A stretch of DNA of 63,892 nt, the filler included, from Intoshia linei (lineage: Eukaryota > Animalia > Orthonectida): assembly GCA_001642005.1 (NCBI GenBank). It is 10 parts of 10 records of this genome, joined end to end, with 100 filler letters (N's around TTAATTAATTAA, not from the genome) between each part and the next. Parts side by side here need not be neighbours in the genome. Positions count along the whole stretch, not along the records: positions 53,696 to 57,537 come from LWCA01002022.1; positions 57,638 to 60,909 come from LWCA01002114.1; positions 61,010 to 62,783 come from LWCA01002506.1; positions 62,884 to 63,892 come from LWCA01002859.1; 6 more parts are not named here. One strand, given 5' to 3'. Made by a program: the position numbers and the translations under genes. Positions within the stretch are counted from its first letter, which is position 1. Each line of letters begins with the position of its first letter. The notes beneath the pieces are model-generated. The model saw nothing but the letters and a program-made list of their open reading frames with translations. It was not told where the DNA came from and did no database searches. Of this stretch, positions 55,725 to 63,892 are shown one piece after another.

Positions 55725-57340
55725 TCTTGAATTTGAAGTAATGAGCTTGAATTGTGTTTAATGTCGCTTCAAATTTTTTACTTTCGTGTTTGATAATTAA
55801 GGCTATGCCATCTGAATACACGGCTGTATCATGGACATCTATTTCCATTAAGATAGAAAGAGTTTGTAAATTAAGAAGCTATGAATTGCCCCCTAAATAT
55901 ATTGGATTTATTGCCATGTTGCTCTGCATAGAAGATCTCCAGATTTGAGAAAGAATAGCTAGCTTCCACCAATTATCTTCACCATAGCAGAGCCAAATTG
56001 CACTGACGAGTCCAGCAGTATTATGACTTTGCATGGATTAATTGTGACCCTCGATGTCAGCTATAACTGCATAGTTATTGGGCTTTAAGAGTGATTGTGC
56101 CATTCGGTGAAGATGTATTTTTATCTTCTTGTCAAAGGGGTCATTAGGTTGCCATAGAAATAAATATGGATATGTTTTGCTAGTTCCACGTACCTTGATA
56201 TTTCCTGCTTGCCAGCTGTGGTGAACATCTTGAATAGCCTTCCCTCAGGTTTCTGATCAGGCTCCTTCATCTTTAGCATTGTTCGCCATGGGCTCACGTT
56301 GGGATGCTCCTCTTGTTGTATTGCAACGAGGCTTTCCGCCCATAAGCTGTTGCTGCATTATAATCGAGCGTGATCGATTTAAACACTGGCACCCTCATAA
56401 TCGATTCTAATTCATTCTCACTATCACGGATCGAGTAAGTTCCATGATATATACGATCTCTTATCCTTAGCATATTCAATCGGGTCGCTTATTTTTGTCT
56501 ACTCTTCGCAGTTAAATGGAATCATATTGATCCACCCGGCTAAGTAGAAATTATCTATTGCAGTAGATCCAAAATGCTTTAATTTCGTGTCCAATGATAG
56601 CTTCTTTGATCCTATCATTTTCGACGTCTAGTGAGCGATATGGAACTTTCAACCGGTTGAACTCCACCCACGAATCAGCATCCAAGTAATTCGGTAGAGA
56701 ATCTTGCTTGATGTAGTAACTATTTGTATAGATCTTAATGAAGCAAGGAGCCAACTGATCTATACATCCAGCATTAACCTTCCTCTTTGTCATCGTCCTT
56801 TTTGCATAATTTTCTAGATCTAACTTTTTTGAGATTTATGTGTATGCATAAATTTATGCAATGATGAAGCTTGCAGTAGCTCAATTGGTGTCATGTTCTT
56901 AATATAAACGCAGTCAAATGAGCTTCAACTGATACTTCTGCAGATCTATAACTTCGGATTTCCTGAATAATAAATTTAATACATCGATGACATCTAGCTG
57001 TATATTGTCCGCTTTGTAATATGACGAGGGACTGCACTCAGGTAATGAAAAATAATCAGCCGTCATCAACAAGAATGCTTCAAATGTTTTCATAAACGCC
57101 ATTTGAGCAGTTTGATTGTTTGACAACTTATTCATTTGCAGAAGGAACGTTATATATAACTTACTTCTCGAATATATGGGAGATCCCATAATCACTGATA
57201 AATTCAATGTGATCTGGGCCTTCGTCACCATATAGTCAAAGTATGGCATCGGAAACAAATAAGCGGTCCGTATTATTTTGTGGCTAATAAAAAATATCGT
57301 GCCCAAACTATTAGGTGATTCACAAAGTTATGTCGTTTTT
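55725..57340 (-). pseudogene. Endogenous viral element: decayed L protein (RdRp) of an ophiovirus/yuevirus-like negative-strand RNA virus
   Basis: Across frameshifts and in collinear order: YFDYM, FMKTFEAFLLMTADY, LLQASSLHKF, YAKRTMTKR, WINMIPFNC...DPIEYAKDK (~56460-56530), LKMKEPDQKPEGRLF (56232-56276), YFYGNLMTP/DKKIKIHLH, ADIEGHN*SMQ (motif A, 56029-56061), RGQF (start of motif B, rest deleted), AVYSDG (motif C, 55807-55824). Visibly higher GC than the flanks; no introns. Confidence 0.85.
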
Positions 57341-58748
57341 ATTGATATAATTGATTAGAAACGCTTTATCCCCGATAAGATTTCACATATTTTGAAATAT
57401 AAAATATTTTTTAACAATCATGTGTACGACCACATCAGATGAGAACGTAATTTATTTAAATCTAAATTTATTCAATGGCCATTTAGACGAATTATTTTAA
57501 TAATTTTGAGGGATATTTACGTCATATTTTACTGTATNNNNNNNNNNNNNNNNNNNNNNNNNNNNNNNNNNNNNNNNNNNNTTAATTAATTAANNNNNNN
57601 NNNNNNNNNNNNNNNNNNNNNNNNNNNNNNNNNNNNNCTATGACTATAATTTTGATATTGAAAGTTTGGTTAATGAATTTGCAATACTTCATCCAAAAAG
57701 ACTGGATCTAATTGATTTAGGATTATTTAATGAACAAAATTAATATCTTTTTTTTTTGTGTTGATCATTTTTTTATTTTTGCGATAAAATACAAATTTGG
57801 AAACTTTTATATAACAACCTTTAAATAAAATTAAAAGAAACACTTTAAAATCAAACTAGACGCCTTGATATTAAAAGAGACGCTCCTAAATTTTTTTTAA
57901 GTTAAATATATTGCTCGCTTCGCTCGCACCTTATTAACTAGCCTCTTAGATCCGCCCTGGATACATAATTGTTATTTTTAAGTATTTATTAAATTGGTAC
58001 TGAATATATATTATCACATTGAAAATGACAATAGGTTTTTATAATTTTATTTTTATGGAATTTATGATATTTATGACAATTTTTAGGATTGTACTGTTTT
58101 TGCTTTATTTTAATATTATACACACATTTTGTCTAATAAATTAAAAAAATGGGATAATAATTTTTAAAATTCTTTACGCAAATGTTAACAAAATACATTT
58201 AACGTGGAATAATTAACTTTAAATTAAAAGGTAATGTGATATGATGGTTCTAAGTGTAACAAGTTGGGAACCACTCCTTTAAATTATATATAATAGTGAA
58301 TACTAACATTTTTAGTGAATTTATTTTTCTGGTAAAATAAAAATGTCCGCTCTTGGTATTTCTAGGATGCTATATGTACGAAGTACATAACATTCAAGCT
58401 AGTTGTTAATATAGGGTGGACATATTTTTTAACACGATTATTATAATAATATTAGTTTTTATCAGGATTAATTTCGCTACCGTTATTTAAACTGAATAAG
58501 GCGCCTGAATTCCTCTGAGTTATTTTCGGCACACACAAATATAATAAGGACCATACATGCTATGTCTTTAAATATAAACTATTTTGCTATTTAATATAAT
58601 ATGACAAGATTTTCCATTTAATAATTAAATTAATTCTTAATTTCATTTATATTAAAATCGTGATAAAAACCAAGTTTATTAAATTAATGGTGATATAAAC
58701 AAACGTGATTAATAATCATTGTGATAAAATTGATTGACATGAATTTAG

Positions 58749-60735
58749 AAATATTTCATTGGTACTGAATGGGGATATTTATACGTGTCAAACGATGAAG
58801 GAGATATTTTAAAACAATCAAAATTGGCAAGTTATATTTTGTAGTACATGTTGTTATTTACTTGTATAAAATTGAATGTCTGTTTTACGGGTAATAAAAC
58901 AATGAAGAGCAATTAAATTTCAAATACTTTTATTTTATTTTATAATTTTTCTTAAAAAAATTATCGGGCCATAGGTTCATGGCCACTGGTCAAAAGTATA
59001 GTAATATAATTAACACTACATACAATTTTATTTAAATATTTTATAGCATTCATCAACCATCAATGATATTGTAGTTTGCACTAAAAGCAATTCATGTGTA
59101 ACTTGTTCCAATGATGGTCGAGTAAGTAGTTTATTATTTTTTTATTGTACTTATATTTCTATAACTAATGGCTTGTCTGTTTTTTATTGCGTAGAAACAG
59201 CTCTGATAAGGGTAGACTAAAGTAAATACTTGCATACATGAAGATATTACTATACTATTATTAACCTTTTCACTGTCTGGAATATATGTTTTAATTTAAA
59301 CTTGTATAATTTTTAAATTACCTATGTAAAAATGTATGAAAATAAAAGAATAAAATTTTTCAAAATTATGCTGTGTATAGTATAAAATACACAGACAGTG
59401 AAAGGGTTAAAATGCCTTTTACGTAAAGCGACCAGAAGTACGTTTTTTTGGCAGCACCGAAAACATACTATTACAAATTTAAGTTTATTATGTATTAAAT
59501 TTCACAGTGGAAATTCAGCTGTGGAATAATTAATTTTGTACTAAGAAATTATACAATTGTGAATATATTGTAGTACGTTTTTATTCTGGTTGCTTTATCT
59601 TAGACAGAGACTTGTAAATATGCGTCGATGTGATATCTATCAATTAAATTAAAAAAGTCAATATGATTACAAAATGACACCCCAGAAATATACGCATTCC
59701 CGGTGAAAAATAATTTTTAATATTATTTATTAATATCTTTCAAATGTTTTGATCAAAATTAAAGAGTAAATTCATCCTACAATTTAAAATTAATTGTGAA
59801 TTGAAAGTCTACACATTTTCAATAGAGATACAGGGTGGAAATATCATACATTGATAATTATAATCAATAATAATTATTATGACAAATCTTATAAAATATA
59901 CATAATAATTATAATTTATAGGTCATTATAACGAACGTGTCAAATTATACCGTTACCGCTAAATTAGTTTTAAACCGACCAATCATATCAATTTCACTGG
60001 ATCCATTTTTTCCTCGATCTGGTCGTTTGATTACAGGATCCGATAAGGTTTTTATTTGTTATATATTATACAATAAATTATTTATATAATTCATTTCATT
60101 TTTGTTGCAGTTATATAGATTCTGATAATGTTTTTATAATTAAGCCCAACTTTTTGAATTGAATCACTAATATTTATAATTATGAATATATTTAAAGTGA
60201 GGGATTATAAAATATTGATTAATTATTAGAATAAATTTTATTATAGATTGAAATTCATAAACGAAAATTTACTGGATCTTATGCGGGTGATGTGATCAGT
60301 GTTAACGATGGTATCGTATCGAATATACTTTGGAGAAATAATATTATTATTTATTGCTCTGATATTGTAATTGTTATGTTTTTAGGTTTAATGGTTGTTT
60401 TTTAACTTTTTTGGTCTATAACGTTGATAAGGGTTTGTGAAGGTTCTTATATTCATATTCATTCATGAAAATTACACAGTAACATCCATGTATTGATTTT
60501 ACGTTAAAAACACTATTTTTACAAAAATGGCCATTTATATTGAAATCTATCTGGGTTATTTAAATAACAAATAATTGTATTCAATTAGTCTGTTAGAATG
60601 TACGATTTGTCTAGCAATGTATATTTTGGAGTTATTCATAAACCTGTGATTGAAGTTAACAACAAAAGCATTACTTTTTCTATCATGTGGGGAACTAATG
60701 ATAATCTGATTGTGGCAATAGGTATGTCAATTAAG
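58749..60735 (+). CDS. VPS41: VPS41 (HOPS subunit) N-terminal WD40 exons; missed by the ORF track; rest of gene cut off by a gap
   Basis: Phase-0 exons 58749-58826 (KYFIGTEWGYLYV), 59047-59121 (HSSTINDI...TCSNDGR), 59922-60047 (RPIISISLDPFF...LITGSDK), 60247-60366 (DGIVSNILWRNNII), 60589-60735 (SVRMYD...IMWGTNDNLIVAIGMSIK). Collinear with the recalled VPS41 N-terminus. Confidence 0.75.
59265..59406. mobile_element. piggyBac-type MITE (142 bp)
   Basis: TTAA|ccttttcactgtctg ... cagacagtgaaaggg|TTAA. Confidence 0.8.
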
Positions 60736-61629
60736 GTAATGATTTATTATGTAAAGTTGAATTATTTTGGCTAATTGCATTTTAATAAATGTGATGAAAA
60801 TGACACAATCTTGGGAAGGCAAGGAAAAATTGTCTGGGTAGGCACAGTATGTTAACAAGGAAATTTTTATATACAGGTTTTTAAAAAGTGTCATTAATTT
60901 TCAAACATTNNNNNNNNNNNNNNNNNNNNNNNNNNNNNNNNNNNNNNNNNNNNTTAATTAATTAANNNNNNNNNNNNNNNNNNNNNNNNNNNNNNNNNNN
61001 NNNNNNNNNTAAACCCTATGATGAAAAACCTTTCATTTTTTCAACAATTTTTTATATTTCATGTTTTCTTTGAGGTTCAAAAAAATAAATATTTTGAAAT
61101 GGGATCCCGTAACTCTGTATACTATTTGAACCGGGAACCACTGTATTAAAAAAATGAAAAAAATTTGATTTTTATTCAACTTAGCCTATATTTGCAGGTA
61201 ATTTCATTTTATATAATTAATAATCAACCATTATTATCATCATTAATCAAGAAGATAATAAAATGTTTTACATATCATAAGCTTTTAATTTGAACTGAAA
61301 AAACGTTAGCATAATTATGATGCTAGTCATTTTAAGTTAAAATTTAACGAAATTTTTGTACTTTAAAAAAATTCACAGTCCGTTAATAAAGATTTTTTTC
61401 CGTTATCGAGGAATTCCGTTAAATAGGAATTAGACTGTACTAATATGATAAATCAACAGTTCCGAAAGGCCGGTCCGTGGAAATTTTTTTAGAAAATATT
61501 GCTAATAAAAATAGATATGGACGTATATATTTTATGTAATAGGAAATATTATAATTATTGAATTTGCCTTAATTAATTTATATTATTAATTGTATATTTT
61601 CATCCTAGACTGATTAAATCAAAATTATA

Positions 61630-62145
61630 CCTTTGAAGTCTTTTTTGTTGAAATTTTTCATTCTCTAAAATAACAATTTGCCTTTGAAGTTTTTCAATAT
61701 TATTAATATCAAAAATAAGACAAGATGATAAATCATCTGGTAGAATGGTTGTAGCATCCTCTGAATCATTAATACACTGTAATTGATCTAAATACAAGGG
61801 CACAACAACGCCCAATTCATTTACGCTTTTTTGTTTTTCTAATTGAAAAGCTTCCAATTCATTCTCTATCGCTTCCAGAACACTAGTTAAATTATTTTGT
61901 CGTTTTTTCAAAATATCCAATTCTTTTGAAATTATATCTTTATTCTTTTTTTCTTCTGACAATATATCCTCGATATCAACTCTATTTTTTCTGAGATTTA
62001 CGACATTATTGTATGTATTTATATCACACCCAATTGGACAAGAATCTAAATAATACTCGTAATTTTCATCGCTTTCAGATTCTTCACTCAACGAAAAACT
62101 CATTTCACTGCCATATTCACTGTCTTCAAAATCATCTTCGTCACC
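61630..62145 (-). CDS. CFAP44: CFAP44 (WDR52) internal exon, C-terminal coiled-coil region
   Basis: Acidic tract then DSCPIGCD...LRKNRVDIED...EEKK...LEAFQLEKQKSVNELGVVVPL matches the recalled CFAP44 pattern; AG and GT flanks. Confidence 0.8.
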
Positions 62146-62188
62146 TAGATTATATTGAAAATTAAAATATAAATATAAATGCAAAATA

Positions 62189-62721
62189 CAGTCAAAATCT
62201 CATTTAACGAAAATGGTAAAACGTTAAAATGGTATATTCGTTAAATTCATTTAACGAAAATATTAGAAATGCAACTGTATTAGAAATATGCTGCACCACA
62301 CGTCTTAAATTTATCAAAATTATATTTAATATGGCATGTATTTATCGCGTCAGTATTTTAAATAATTTGTCTGTAAAATTATTAAATTGTCAGTTTTTAG
62401 GTGTCAGTATAAATAATTAATTGTCAGTATATACTGACAAATATGTAATTGAATACTGACAAAATAATTTTATTAATGACATTTTAATATTTATACTGAC
62501 AATTATTGTTAAAAATACTTCCAATTTAATTTTAACAAATAATTAAACTTTTTATTATATAAAAGGATTCCATGACTTCATAAAAGAATTTTTTTTATAG
62601 TCCATCTAATATTTAAAGCCACAAAACCATAAAAATATTTTAAAAAACTACTAAAAAAATAAAATAATATTGAATTTACGCGTTCGTTAAATGAAATATT
62701 CGTTAAATGAGATTTTGACTA
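62189..62721. mobile_element. pogo/Tc-type MITE
   Basis: TIRs cagtcaaaatctcatttaacgaa / ttcgttaaatgagattttgact; internal tactgac/gtcagta repeats. Confidence 0.7.
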
Positions 62722-63163
62722 TTAATAAATTATCCTAACTTATATAATATGCTACGCGATTTTTGTTTGTGTGTGTGTTCCACNNNNNNNNNNNNNNNNN
62801 NNNNNNNNNNNNNNNNNNNNNNNNNNNTTAATTAATTAANNNNNNNNNNNNNNNNNNNNNNNNNNNNNNNNNNNNNNNNNNNNAATCTTCACTTTCATAT
62901 TAAACATATTTTAGGCGAATTTTACCAATATTGCAAAGGATATTTATTACTATAAAACTGATACAATCAAGCACCGTTAGTAGAGAAATCGTTACTGAAT
63001 AATTTGCTAATTTGTATAGCTAGTACATAATTTATTTACTAAAAATTCAAAATCGTAGATGATTTTGCAATGTAACAATTGTTATTGAATAATTTTTACA
63101 CATTTAATTTTAAATGTAAACAATACTTTTGTAAACAAAATTTATCATAACACTGACAATTAA

Positions 63164-63631
63164 ATGATAATGAAGCATATCACCTTGAATAAAAAATTAG
63201 AAATATTGAAGCTATTGAATGAAGGGGAATCTTTTAATAAAGTAGCAAAAAGAATGATATTAAGTCGTAGTACTATTTACACGATTCAAAGAAATAAGCC
63301 ATCAATAATAAACTTTTATAAAGGTGCAAATGTTCCAGAAATAATTAGAAAATTTAAAAGAATGAGGCAGCCTAATTCTCCGGTCATGGAAAAGGAGTTA
63401 TATAGTTGGTTTGTGGAAATGCGGAATAACAATACCTCAATTACCGATGAAACTGTTCTTGTTACAGCCAATGCCATGTTAAACAAGGATTGTAGCAGCG
63501 ATAATATTGAATGTGGATATTCACAAGAATGGTTAAAAAATTTTAAAAATAGAAATGGAATTAAGTCATATAAATTGTGTGATGAGTCAGTAGTAGAGAC
63601 ACCAATGTCAATTTGTATTGAAATATTTTGA
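63164..63631 (+). mobile_element. pogo/Tigger transposase N-terminal remnant (psq HTH + CENP-B HTH)
   Basis: ITLNKKLEIL...LSRSTIYTI, MEKELYSWF, SQEWLKNFKNRNGI; truncated before the DDE domain. Confidence 0.8.
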
Positions 63632-63892
63632 CAATTTAGTCTGTTTTTAACATCACGGCTAATTTTTATTGCATAAATGGAATGTGTGTTTAATACAAAA
63701 TGTGTACATAATAAGTCATTATTAGGGCAATTTTTTAAATAACCTATTGACTGATTTTTAGTAACTTCAAAAAATTTTTTTTGTATTCAACTCTAATTTG
63801 AAACTTGTTAACTTCAATCGATTAAATTTCATTTTTTCCAAGTATTTTTTATCTGTTTTTATTTCGTACCATTTGAAAATTCAAAATATTTA

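Noticed and set aside
55754-55948. Plus-strand ORFs over the EVE and Tc1 remnant (also 55200-55394)
   Set aside because: Antisense to the recognisable minus-strand sequences; no evidence of an ambisense gene.
57423-57447. TACGACCACATCAGATGAGAAC, resembling the 5' end of 5S rRNA, next to the EVE
   Set aside because: Only ~20 nt with no internal promoter boxes; could be chance.

Overview
Very AT-rich eukaryotic (animal-like) genomic DNA with many tiny (~35-45 bp) introns. Nine ~100-nt N gaps each carry an artificial TTAATTAATTAA spacer. The compact, fast-evolving style is reminiscent of a reduced invertebrate parasite such as an orthonectid; this is a guess only. Host genes reconstructed by hand: a ~1289-aa secreted His-rich 5xVWA/3xEGF protein, an MTG2/GTPBP5 (Obg) exon, HADHB, LETM1, a multi-exon TBC-like protein, an LCAT/PLA2G15-family lipase, a convergent pair of calmodulin plus a highly derived calmodulin-like paralog, the VPS41 N-terminus and a CFAP44 exon. 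Between and within genes are many decayed transposons (Ty3/gypsy, Tc1, mariner, pogo, hAT, Chapaev-like), several MITEs, an abundant non-autonomous Helitron family and a 5'-truncated 5S rRNA copy. The standout is a ~1.6 kb GC-richer island at ~55725-57340 (- strand). It is a frameshifted endogenous copy of a negative-strand RNA virus L (RdRp) gene with ophiovirus/yuevirus-type motifs (KExxQKxEGRLF, DIEGHN*SMQ, YSD[G]), lying beside a gypsy gag-protease remnant.
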